A stretch of 61,549 nt of DNA, counting the filler, from Collodictyon triciliatum (Eukaryota), in NCBI GenBank assembly GCA_043381765.1. It is 10 parts of 10 records of this genome, joined end to end, with 100 filler letters (N's around TTAATTAATTAA, not from the genome) between each part and the next. Parts side by side here need not be neighbours in the genome. Positions count along the whole stretch, not along the records: positions 1 to 7,094 come from JBHJMP010004075.1; positions 7,195 to 14,272 come from JBHJMP010004076.1; 8 more parts are not named here. One strand, 5' to 3'. Of this stretch, positions 1-11,900 are shown one piece after another; the first letter of the stretch is position 1; every line of letters starts with the position of its first letter. The notes beneath the pieces were generated by a model that was not told the origin of the DNA, made no database searches, and saw only the letters and a list, made by a program, of their open reading frames with translations. The position numbers and the translations under genes are program-made.

Positions 1-146
1 GAAATATATAATCATAGGAGTGTATCATGTATTCTTTTTCTGTTTATCGTAAGCGTATCGGACTCAATTACGTGGCCTGACATGCTAGAAGCTCTCTATA
101 GCTGACAATGGCTCATGTTGTTTAATTTTGTTTTGGCGTCTCATAG

Positions 147-2044
147 ATGACGGTGCTGTGCGAATTTGGAAAAAGATTGAATACGATCAACAAGTAAGAG
201 TTGCCATAGTTGTTATCCTTACCACATTCTGCTATGAATGTGGCATGAATTAACTCCGATACTATTATCATAAAAGAGTCGACTTGTCACAGGGTGGTAT
301 GCATACCCTGAGTTTATCAAAAAGACCATGCCTGGTATTGTGATGGACTGGAAATCAGATGATGGGTTGATTGTAAGTGATTGAGTAATTATGAACGCCA
401 GCCTAATGATTGACTTCATTCATACGGAACAGACACATAATACTCTAGCACATTAGCCACACTACAGACCATATTTGATTCTCTGAAAATAGGTAACAGG
501 ATGTGACCAACCACATATAAAAGTATGGAATATGCAGAAAGAGTTGTGTCAACAGGAACTACCAAAAGAGACGGAAGCCGCTGTCACGACTCTGGTAATA
601 CCATTTGTTTACATCTCTGCTAGTGCATGTCAAAAAAAGTCGCCACCAAGAAGAGAAAGAAATATCGATATTTATCACACATTTCATTTAAGCTTCTTTT
701 CTTATCTTTCCATTTGCATTCGATTTGGCTCTTTGGTTCAGGCTGCTCATGGTCCACTTCTTATGTCTGGGTTCTCAGATGGTGCAATAAAATTATATGA
801 CACTAGGATTCAATCGCAATATTGGTGAGTCAGTATTAATATTGCCACATTTCATATTCTTTCCTAACTGGGTGCGCCATTTTTCGCTATTATTCCTATA
901 ATCGTGGTATTTTGCCACATTCAGTCCCTTTTTCATTGAGAATAAATACATCGCATACAGCATAGTAAACACTTTCAAAGAGCATAAAAATTGGATAACA
1001 AATGTTTATATCCAGCAAAATGAGACCAAAACAGTAATGCCATAAGTTCTTTTCCTTTTATATACTCTTTTCGTTTCCTCGTACCTCCTGTTGAACCTGG
1101 ATGCCACATTATTCGGTGTATATGTTTGATGCTGTAATTTTCTTAGTTAATCAATTAATACCACTTCACACATTTTTTTTCCTTTATTCGATTCAAAGAA
1201 TACAACTTCACACATAAACTCTAGATTTACTCTGGTTCTTACGATGGGGAAGTCAAGATATGGGACATTCGGTCGACGTCCTGTACCAAATCAGTCACAG
1301 CAATCAACGGCGCTATGATATCTTTTGCGGTGCGATTTCTTTTCTTTTCATTCCATTTCTCTACTTCTCTCTGCTTCTTCATTTTTTTTCATTTCATTTT
1401 TTTATTTTGTTATTTTTCTGAAGTTTACATTTGTATACACTCTATTGAAAGCTTGTTTTGAGTTTCAGATACAACTTGTGTTCACAATATTCGTTCCATA
1501 AACCGACTCGTAATGCATAGGTGCACCCAAAACTCTCTGCGATGGCATGGTAGGCTGCGGAATATGTTGCACTCTTTTGGCGTCGTTTTTTTTTTTCTTT
1601 CTTTCTCTCCCTCCTTAATAATTCGTGTGATGTTGCGACAATCTTCATAATATTTTTTCTTGTATTTGCAGCTCAGCTCGAGATGATTACATCCGTATTT
1701 TGAACTCAAAGTGTGAGAATGTCGGAATCATTCACTCAAATAGCGGATTTCTAGCACAACGACCTTCATCTACAGCATTTGTGGCTTTTCACCCGTGAGA
1801 AAAAAAATATACATGATTTACCAGATTTTTAATATTTTTGAAATATTATCACCTTAGCCCTAAATGAATTACATGTTCTATGCTATTAAATTTCTTTTTC
1901 TTATCTCACTTTGATTGTACTCGATTATAGTTGTAAGCCTTTTTCTTTCTTTCGACATATACACAAAAATATAGACGACGTCTTTTGCTCGCAGCGGGTT
2001 CGTCCGATGGTATCATTTCTACATACACATGCTCGAATGCGTAG
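147..2044 (+). CDS. RPTOR: Raptor/KOG1 (TORC1 subunit), C-terminal WD40 exons; 5' part outside the window
   Basis: GT-AG exons splice to DDGAVRIWK..RLVTGW..IVMDWK..GFSDGAIKLYDTR..EHKNWITNV..SGSYDGEVKIWDIR..SGFLAQRPSSTAFVAFHPRRLLLAAGSSDGIISTY*. This matches the Raptor C-terminal propeller. TAG at 2042-2044. Confidence 0.85.
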
Positions 2045-2993
2045 CATTTGCGTCAAAACACCATTTATCTCCTCTAATTATTTAGAAATCATCAAAATTA
2101 AAGAGGCATACTACTATTATTATTTTAAGGAAATACCTTCATAAATCACCAAAAAAAAAATCCAGCTTTCTCGACAGGAAACAGTTTGTATGAAACTATT
2201 TTGTCTACCAATTATATGTTTATTTTTTTTATTTCTTTCAGAAAGTTGAATATTTATTTCCACATGGACATGTAGTCCGCTCTTTACAGGCTTTTTCAAG
2301 AATTTGCTCACGGGTATAGCCTTGAAATGTTCAGATTTTAATTTCTTCGAAGGCCAGCTCCCCCCCTTTTTTTTTTTCATTTTGTATTCATCTGCCTTGG
2401 ATACTCCCAATCAAAGCCTTTTCTATTGATCACACTGCTGCAACTAGGATTATGCCAGTTGGTACCTGTCTTGATTACAAGCATGACCATCACTCTGTGG
2501 TTCTGAACTCTGATGCCATCACAACACACGCCCGGAAATCTTCGGTGGGGAACGGAAATAACAGCAATGATATCCATAAGTGGAAAAATTCAAAAGGCAA
2601 TTGTGGAGGATTGTATGTGGACGCCCAAACATGAATCAGCAAATTTGCTGCTGGTCGCGGAGGCAGCGAGGGAAAAGGAGGCGAGTGGTTTGGTGCGGCC
2701 ATGAGCGAATATGGAGCGGCGTGTGACAGAATTGCGCGTACTGATCGAACAAAGGACTGGGCTGGAATATAGTAATCGCTATGAACCACTTTGAACAAGT
2801 GTTAGAGCATAGAAGATTGATCAAGGTGGAACCAACGATTATGTTCTTTTCTCCTTTCGTGTCTCGCTTCTGCTCTGTCTGTGAAAACCTCGGAATCCTG
2901 CCGAACAGGGATCATCCTACCAGTTGATACAAACTCGTAGAACTGAGTCACAAAACCAGCAGAAATGCATAAATGTAGATCGAAGGAACAAAC

Positions 2994-3095
2994 TTTTTTC
3001 CTTTTCCTTTTCCTTTTCCTTTTCCTTTTCCTTTTCCTTTTCCTTTTCCTTTTCCTTTTCCTTTTCCTTTTCCTTTTCCTTTTCCTTTTCCTTTT
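2994..3095 (+). repeat. (TTTTCC)n microsatellite
   Basis: Perfect hexamer array just upstream of the F-box gene. Confidence 0.95.
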
Positions 3096-3141
3096 CTTTT
3101 TTCTTTTATATTCCCTAACTAGACTTTTCATATATCAAAGA

Positions 3142-4323
3142 ATGTCCGCCCCAAAGAAGCCGTGTGCACCCCTTCCGCCGCATGTCCTGCAAAGCGTCTT
3201 CTCGAAAAGCATCGTCAAGGAACTCCTTCAACTCCGCAAAGTCTGCCGTCGCTGGAAAATGATTGCTGATCGCCAAATCCCGCAGCTGGCAAAAGTCCCA
3301 CCCCTCAAGTTCGTAGTGGCAATTGAAATGGAGCAGCAAGACCTCATGGACGGCTATGATTTCTTCCACCCAATTCGGTGCCACGTCTTTCGCCTGGTGG
3401 GTCACCCTAAGAAACACAGATCCATCCTCATGATACAAACATAACACCTCCACGTAATGACTTTCGGCTTCATCTCATAATATCCCCACACCATGGGATG
3501 AAGATATGCCAAAGCATAGTAATGCATCGCCACTAACAAATCACGCCGAACCATGCATTCCCGCACCAGACAAAGTACGGGGAAGAGCCCGTGGACTACG
3601 ATGTGGACTTCAAGTGGGCGGCCCGCACACTGACGGAGGAGGAGTTTTGGGAGGTGAAGCCGACAGACTCGCAGTATCTCTTCCAACGCTACTGGACAAT
3701 CATGTCCGACCCCGTCCCAGCCACCCCGCTCCAGGCTTACCGAACAAAGCTGCCAGTCCGTGCGCCAAACGGCAAGATCTACATGGGCTCTGTCCTCTCC
3801 ATCAAAAAGACATCCGAGCTGGCCGATGCGTATCGCTGGGCACAAGGCCCGGACGTCGATATGCAGCGCCCGTTGGTGCAGTACCAGTACGATGGCCAGG
3901 ACCGCAAGAAGCGCCAGTGCGCCCGCCCAATCCGCCTGCTGATTCCCTCGGCCAAGGCCCCGAGTCCACTGAAGCCCAACATCCGTCCACCCTACGTGAG
4001 CGTCAAGTTTGTCCCTGTTTCGGACCGCCATTTCGCCGTGTTGGGGATCGAAAAGATGCGGATGAGCGTGCCGCAGGGTTTCTATGTCCTGGTGGTCAAG
4101 GCGTTGGGCGACGAGGACGTTGACTACGGACCCAACAATGCGCCCATGGATCCGACAGACCCGCTTGCGGCTCCCGGGAAGATGACCGTTGCTGCTATCT
4201 ACGCACCTGATAACACTGTATTATATGCTCGAAGCCAGTCGAAGGACACAGAGTATCTGGAGCTTTCTAATACCATCCCCGTCAATTACGTCACTCGCGC
4301 GTTTCCGTATTATGGAACTCAGG
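3142..4323 (+). CDS. F-box protein with uncharacterised C-terminal domain; 3' end uncertain
   Basis: ATG 3142 gives LPPHVLQSVFSKSIVKELLQLRKVCRRWKMIAD (F-box pattern). A phase-0 intron (~3397-3569) joins HVFRL to TKYGEEPVDYDVDF in a GC-rich exon. Probable donor after YYGTQ; possible last exon ~4601-4962. Confidence 0.65.
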
Positions 4324-5118
4324 TTTGCTCTTCCTTCATTCAAACGCTATATCTACATATTTATCGTTTTTTATGTATTTTTTTATCCTTGCTGTCACAA
4401 TTGGTCGCTATATTATTATTATGTTTTTTTTTTTTACATATCTGGGAAAGTTGCCATCGATGTATGTGCCACTGCACCATTCGAGTTTATGCATACCAAA
4501 CACTTTTTTTCTTATTTGTTTCTATGGCTTGTTACACTTTCAATAAAAATAATAATAATAATAAAACAGTAATCTTTTTGGTGCGTTGGAGGGCCATCGT
4601 AGAACGATACGAACCGACCGAGAAAGTTGACCACTGCCCTCGATTCCTCATCGTCCTCTCGCTTTTTCGTCTGTCGGTCCGCTCCACAAAGCACTCATTT
4701 TCTCGTCCGTCCCTGTCTCTGTCTCGCCTCCGCTCCCAACATCCAAGAAAAAGAAACCACACCTGTCGAAGCCGTCAAACCGCAGCTAATTACGCTACAT
4801 CACTGCACAAACCAATTAAATAAATACGCTGAAAGAAGAAGAAAAAAAACAGCATATTCGCACACACAGAACAGCGAAAAAGGAGAGGACAAAGAAAAGG
4901 CAACTGAGGAGGAATGGATGTGGCAATTAACGCATCAATTTTGTTTGGGTGTTGCTGTGTAACACAAAACAAACCCCGAAAAAGAAACTATCCAAACCGT
5001 CGCAAACAATAACACAAAGTAAAATCAAAAAAAAAAAAAGAAGCAAGGAAGGAAGGAAAGAAAGAAACAAAGAAGGACCGCACACAGCCTCCAGTCCAAG
5101 CTGCAACGCTGAGCCAGG

Positions 5119-6365
5119 ATGGGACTACTTCGAGTGCTTGTGCTTTTCCTTGTATTTGTCTTTGCTGTTCTTGCCCTCTTCTACTCCCACATAACGTCCT
5201 CCGAAGTCAACCAAGTCCTCTCAGAACCCAATAACGCAACCACGGAATCACTGCTAGAGGAGATCGCCCTTGGAGACGAAGACTCTGAAGTCATAGTGAA
5301 GCCACCGGTAAGCAATTGTTCGATCCCACCCAAAGGGAAGAAGAAGAAAAAGCAAAAAGAAGGGAAAAAATAACACCCTAGTTGGTTTTTGGATATTAAC
5401 GAAAACCATCGTTTGCTTTTCTTTTCCTCATCCTTTTCCCTCCTTTTTCTTTTACTTTTTGATAGCGTGTTCGCGGAACAACAAAGTACTTTACCTACAA
5501 CGGCCTCTTTGGCAAGTACAACAACCAATACATCAGTCTTGTCCTCGGTGTGGTTCTGAGTCGGCGGCTCGGGCGGCAACTTGTGTTTCCAGGCTGGATC
5601 GATCGCTACTATGCCCCAACCGTAGAATACTGCTCGACTCCTCTCCCACTAGCTACGTATCTGGATGAGCAGTGGATTCGCAAAGGTCGCTTGCGCATAG
5701 TGGACCGGGTTGTCTACGAGACCAGTGTCCTTCCGCACATCCCACTTGCCGAGCGCAAAGTGCTTTCGCTGCCCATCCACATCCCGAGCGAGACTTTCAC
5801 TACCCTCGATGCGTTGCGTCTGCTTTCCAGCACAAAAGAAATCCACTTGGAGGTCGGTCCCATCTTCCACTGGAAGTTCCACACAAAATACTTTCATCGG
5901 CGAATCTATCCATATCTGCGTCCAGCTCCTCATATCATGAGCATCGCCACAAACTTTCTTCAAAAGCGACTCAAACGGCCATATCTTGCCATCCATCTGC
6001 GCAAAAGTGAAGGGTACTGCACACAGAACTCAACCAGTGCGTTGCTGCGTATTCGCTCCGTCTTGCAGACACATAAATTCTCGTCCATCTTCCTGGCTTC
6101 GGATCACCAAGACCTTGCTGCTGAGACTCACATTCGTAAAGTGTTGAGGCCTCATATGTTTACTCAACAGGTCGAAGGTGTCTACACTCCGGGCATTATA
6201 GATTTCATCCTACTGGCCAACTCAGACTATTTGCTGATTAACCGGTACTCTACTCTGTCTTTTAATGCTGCACGGGCTCGTGTTCATTGGTATAACAAAA
6301 TGGGTGATGTTGGTTACCTAACTCCGGACCCGAAGTTGAATGGTTCATCATCGGATCTTTGTTAA
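5119..6365 (+). CDS. Type II membrane GDP-fucose O-fucosyltransferase-family (GT-B) glycosyltransferase
   Basis: N-terminal TM segment; one intron ~5308-5465. Motifs GKYNNQYISL..LSRRLGRQLVFP, YLAIHLR, IFLASD and IIDFILLANSDYLL..YSTLS are typical of O-FucT-like enzymes. Confidence 0.8.
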
Positions 6366-7094
6366 CAAGGCCGAACAAATAAGTTTTGTATCTTCTGTGC
6401 TCTGCGGTGAAGTGACAGTCGTGTGGGATTTTGATTGCTCATTCATCCAATGTGCCATTTCTTCTTTCTGCATTCCCTTTTTTCTTTTGCATTTTTTTAT
6501 TCAATTATTAGGCATTCTTTCGATATCGCGGGTAATTTAAATTGCAAAGGAAAAGAGATAATGAAAACGATTCCGTCTCATGTTTCCCAACAGCTTTTGG
6601 AAAATCAAGTGGTACAAAACTTCTGAAACTATGACAACGATGAAGAATATGGAGCAGACTAATGGTGTTGATTGTTTGGATTCGATCGAATGATAGTATT
6701 TTGATTAATAAAACGACAGCCGGTCAGGCTTAAGAGTACTCCGTCCCGATTGTAAAGCTTGTTTTCTTCGCATTTATGATAATAAAGATAGAAGCACGAG
6801 CCCATGCACTCCAAAGTCATAAAATGAAGGACATCCGACAGGATTGTGTATTCCTCTCGAATTGTTTTCATCAGCAAATGCCAAACAAGAGAAAATTACT
6901 ATTTAAATGACAACCATAAACTGTGTCTCTCAAAGTGACAAGGTTTGTCAAACAACAAAACAGAATCTATAAATGAGGGAGAAGGGGGCGATTCTAGAAC
7001 TCTTCTTTTTTCTTTTTTCTTTTTTCTTTTTTCTTTTTTCTTTTTTCTTTTTTCTTTTTTCTTTTTCTTTTTTCTTTTTTCTTTTTTCTTTTTT

Positions 7095-7194
7095 NNNNNN
7101 NNNNNNNNNNNNNNNNNNNNNNNNNNNNNNNNNNNNNNTTAATTAATTAANNNNNNNNNNNNNNNNNNNNNNNNNNNNNNNNNNNNNNNNNNNN
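7095..7194. other. Artificial contig linker N44-TTAATTAATTAA-N44 (also at 14273, 21449, 28641, 35820, 42989, 50157, 57323, 60394)
   Basis: Identical 100-nt spacer with stops in all six frames, repeated nine times. Confidence 0.97.
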
Positions 7195-8552
7195 GATTGT
7201 CTCAATCATCTTGAAGTTATCATCAAAGATTTGTACACGATGATTAGAAGAGTCACAAACAGCGATGCATCCATCATGCGAAATGGCGATTCCGATTGGA
7301 TTGCTGAATTGACCTGAGCCATTCGTGCCAACCGTGCAGGAAAAGCTCAAATCCTCATTTAGAACTTGAACGTGATGCTACTACGAACAACAACGAATAT
7401 GTTCATAGTCTTTGGATGAGCTGCGATTCCCCATGGATTATAAAACTGTTGGACTCCACTTCCTTTTGAGCCGACCTTCTGAAACACATAGTTTTTGATG
7501 TTGTATTTCCACGCCTTCTGATACAAGTCTATGTCCATTCTCTTCTTCATCTCCTCTTCTGCTTTCATCTTCTCTTGCTCCATCTTTGCAATATGTTCCT
7601 TCATTACGCGATGCTCCTGTACCTCACCCTCTAATTCTTTCATGTGCTTGTCTGTCTCGTTCATGCGTCTCTGCCACACGGCGTTTTCTGTTCGCAGCTC
7701 TTCCAAGGCCGACTGACACTTTGAGTGGATTTCCTCCAGCACATGCGCCCGCCTTCTCCTATCACAACGTTGCCGCCAATCTCGATACTTGCTTGCGGCT
7801 GCTCCACATCCACATTGCCAACTTCTTCGATGTCTATCTGCTAAGCTGTGCGAGCAAACATGGCGCTCTTGAAAAGCTTGGTCACGAGTCTGTCGAGCTC
7901 ATATATCTCCTTGGGCTTTCTGAGCGTGGTTATGGAGTGCCATAGAATGCTCTCTGATACCGCCATTCGATGCTATATGTATTTAATTTTGCTGCTCGCT
8001 GGCTTCAAGGCTACGATAGCCTGAATTCATTATCATCATCATTTTCCATGTTTGGTGAATTATGGTAACAATCGCACAAAAAAAACCAATTTACATCATC
8101 AATATCGGACAATAAAGATGACAAGAGGAATGATTACAGTTTCTTTCAGCTTCTCCTTCAACTGTGCTGCTTTCTGCACAATATCATCGTACAATTTGTC
8201 GATCTTTGCATTTTGGTCTCGCTCCTCATCATCAATCTAAGGAATTGAATATTCGAGGAAATAAACAGAAAAGAAGAAACATACATATCTTGAGCACTTC
8301 ATGAGAAAACCTTTTTCATTTCGCTATCGACTTTTGACTTGATTTCAGCCATTGCGTTGTTTTTCTTTCCATCTCCCCAATCAAGTCGTCCTCCTTGATA
8401 GCATCATAATCGATATTCTCTACTTCGGTATATTTGTGCGTTTTGGCGGTTTTTATATCTTGAAACCCACACTTATCACACATTTCAGCGACGGGCCAGC
8501 ATTGCTTGCAGATAAGGAAGATGGGAAACTTGTGCAGAATACATTCGCGCAT
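7195..8552 (-). pseudogene. Disrupted B-box / coiled-coil / NHL-repeat (TRIM-NHL-like) gene; 3' end truncated by contig end
   Basis: B-box-like CILHKFPIFLICKQC..CDKC..H, a coiled coil, and NHL repeats (QFYNPWGIA, QFSNPIGIAISHDGCIAVCDSSNHRVQIFD). In-frame TGA at 8316-8318, TAG at 7841-7843, frameshifts near 7745 and 7378. Confidence 0.7.
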
Positions 8553-8968
8553 ATTTACGACATGTTTTGCTCTGGCCTCAAGCAGTGTACTATTAAAAAA
8601 ATATTTTATTTCCAGAATGTGATTACTATACAGCAAAAATTTGTAATTGCGAGTTATTATCTTCAAAAACCAAAAAGAAAAACAAACAAGTTAAAAGAGA
8701 AAAGATAAGAGAAAAAAGATAAGAGAAAAAAGATAAGAGAAAAAAGATAAGAGAAAAAAGATAAGAGAAAAAGAAAAAGAAAAAGGATTCATCAGAGATC
8801 GATCAGCTTTGCTTTCATTTTTTATGGATTTATTCTGTTTTCATGGAGCGTCCTTGTGGGAAAAAAGCGGAGGTCTGATTGGAAAAAAAACCCAGAGAAT
8901 CTCTCCATCTAAAATGATTGTTGTTAACGAACCTTTATTAATATACATTTATTGTAATACTTACCTTG

Positions 8969-11900
8969 TTAAGCTGAGACTTTCTGTCTCCACTCAGCTC
9001 CTTTCTCGGTGTCCTTCTCAACACCCCATCCATTCTTGTAGCATTCAGCCATCATCTGAGCCTGGAACTTTGTGGACTTATTTTTCTCACAATAGGCAGC
9101 AAAGTCCGCATCAAAGGAAGCAGCACCGATTGAAAGTAGAAGGGATTTGTTGTATCGACTCAATCCTGCGACATTTCTGATTTGGATGTCTCCACCTTGC
9201 AGCTTTCTTGGGCCGATAATCTGGACTGTCTTTACATCTTGGATTCTGTTGGTATCAATCATGTTCATCGCATCACTTGTTCTGTTAAATACTGCGATGA
9301 ATTCGTCTGGCTTTTCTTTCCTGACAAGGTATTTTCCTTGGGTGTAGGTCACTTCTGATTTTTGCAGACTGTGTGTTTGGTTTCCTGAGGCTATATCCCA
9401 AATACGTATTGTGTTATCATAACTTCCAGAAGCCAACCAATTTTCACCATTCGGTCCTTGAATAGTGCAAACACTAGTGACAGGCCTTGTATGACCTTCT
9501 AATGTTTTGACTTCGTTTCCAGAGGCTACATCCCAAATACGTATTGTTTTATCAGGACTTCCAGAAGCCAGCCAGTTTTCACCATTCGGTCCTTGAATGC
9601 TGCAAACACTATTGACAGTCTCAGTATGACGTTCTAATGTTTTGATTTGGTTTCCTTCGGCTACATCCCAAACACGTATTGTGTTATCTCTACTTCCAGA
9701 AACCAGCCAATTTTCACCATTCGGTCCTTGAACGATATAAACACTCAAGACAGTCTCAGTATGTCCTTCTAATGTTTTGATTTGGTTTCCTGTGGCTACA
9801 TCCCAAATACGTATAGTTTTATCATCACTTCCAGAAGCCAGCCAATTTTCACCATTTGACCCTTGAATACTGCAAACACTCCTGACATAATCTCCATGTC
9901 CTTCTAATGTTTTGATTTGGTTTCCTGTGGCTACATCCCAAATACGTATTGTTTCATCATAACTTCCAGAAGCCAACCACTTTTCACCATTCGGCCCTTG
10001 AATACTGCAAACACTTTTGATACCATACGTATGTCCTTCTAATGTTTTGATTTGGTTTCCTGTGGCTACATCCCAAATGCGTATTGTTGTATCATCACTT
10101 CCAGAAACCAGCCAACTCTCACCATTCGACCCTTGAATACTGCAAACACTATAGATATAATTTGTATGACCTTCTAATGTTTTGATATGATTTCCTGTGG
10201 CTACATCCCAAATGCATATAGTTTTATCATCACTTCCAGAAGCCAACCACTTTTCACCATTCGGCCCTTGAATACTGCAAACACTTTTGATACCATATGT
10301 ATGTCCTTCTAATGTTTTGATTTCGTTTCCTGTGGCTACATCCCAAATACGTATTGTTTTATCATGACTTCCAGAAACCAGCCAATTTTCACCATTCGGT
10401 CCTTGAATACTGCAAACACTATAGATATAATTTGTATGACCTTCTAATGTTTTGATATGATTTCCTGTGGCTATATCCCAAATACGCATTGTTTTATCAT
10501 CACTTCCAGATGCCAGCCATATTTCACCATTCGGTCCTTGAAAACTGCAAACACTCATGACATAGCTTGTATGACCCTCTAGTTCATCATGAAGAATTCC
10601 TAATTTCACACTATTCATATTCGCATTATCAAAAACACAATCACCAAGCATCGAATTCGTGAAATCAACACCATCCAAGTTGGCACCAGTGAGATTTGCA
10701 CCATCAAGGATTGAGTTACTGAGATTCGCATGTGGAATTTTGATGTTTGATAAATCCATTCCACCAAACGAAACATTCATTAAATTCAAAAGTGTGATTC
10801 CATCAGATGCAGCCTTCGATTTGCTCTCATCAGTCTTTGACATGTAGACAATTCTGAATAACGATGCAATGATTTGCTCAAGATTCCATTCCTCATCTAG
10901 TTTTGCATCATCAAGAGTTTCACAGATGAATTCCTTGACTCTTGTAAACTCGACAGACTCTTTGTTGATTCCGATTTCTTTTGAATGGACGGACAAGTAT
11001 TTGCACGAGTTTAATGTTCTGGAGTGAATCCATCCGAGTTTATCAGCGAATCTTTCTCTCATCTCAGCCCAGAATACCACTGCTTCGTTGTGCTGCATCA
11101 GTTCCTTGTAAATCTTGTCGATTTCCTCACAGCTGTTGCATATTGCAAGATAATCCATGGAGTAAAGCTTTCTGAATAAATGAATCAGCGTTCTGTAAAG
11201 CTGAATGAGTGTTTCATGCTCTTTCTTGTCATTCATGAGTCGGATAATGTTGTCAATCTGTGGGCCATCTTTCAGTGATATGATTGTCTTCGTCTCCTTT
11301 CTGATAGCAGCTGCCTTCTGGAAGTACTCAACGACTTGGTCCAATCTAAATGCATGCATATTAGTTTTATTTATTCATGTTTTTTATAACTATTAATAAT
11401 AATAATAATCGATTTTTTAATATAAAAGAGAAATCACCTTTTCAGCTCAAAGTTTGTTCTGCCAACATTCTCAAGAGAAGTCGCATAATCTGCATGCTTT
11501 TCGCCCAGTGTTCTCACGCGAATATCCTTCGTCTTTGCATACGCCTCCAAAGCACCCTTAAAACTACGATAATATGGGTAAATACATTATTCTTTTCAAT
11601 TAAATATATAAATATAATTCATAAAGAGATACTCCTTCAAATCATGGCTGATGTCTCCAATCATTTCATAGCAGGCCACAACATTCGGATGATTTTCACC
11701 AAGGGCAGACATGAAAATATCCAGTGATTGCTTTAGTGAGGATAAGGCCTCACTTTTCCTATATAAGATAGTAATTTGATATTTATTTAATTGATTATAT
11801 TATATAATAAAATTAACTCCAAATAGAGTCCATACAATGAAAGATATGATGCCAAATATATTTTGCAAAAATTGATATAGAAAAATTATTGTTGTATGAA

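Noticed and set aside
7139-7150. Recurring TTAATTAATTAA palindrome at about 7.1-kb spacing
   Set aside because: Always embedded in N44 flanks: an artificial linker. The periodicity reflects contigs of similar length.
7841-8318. Stop-codon reassignment or selenocysteine suggested by in-frame TAG and TGA
   Set aside because: The same gene also has frameshifts, and TAA, TAG and TGA each terminate other genes in the window normally.
9368-10582. CRISPR-like repeat/spacer appearance
   Set aside because: The period is a multiple of three inside an open WD40 frame, and there are no cas genes.
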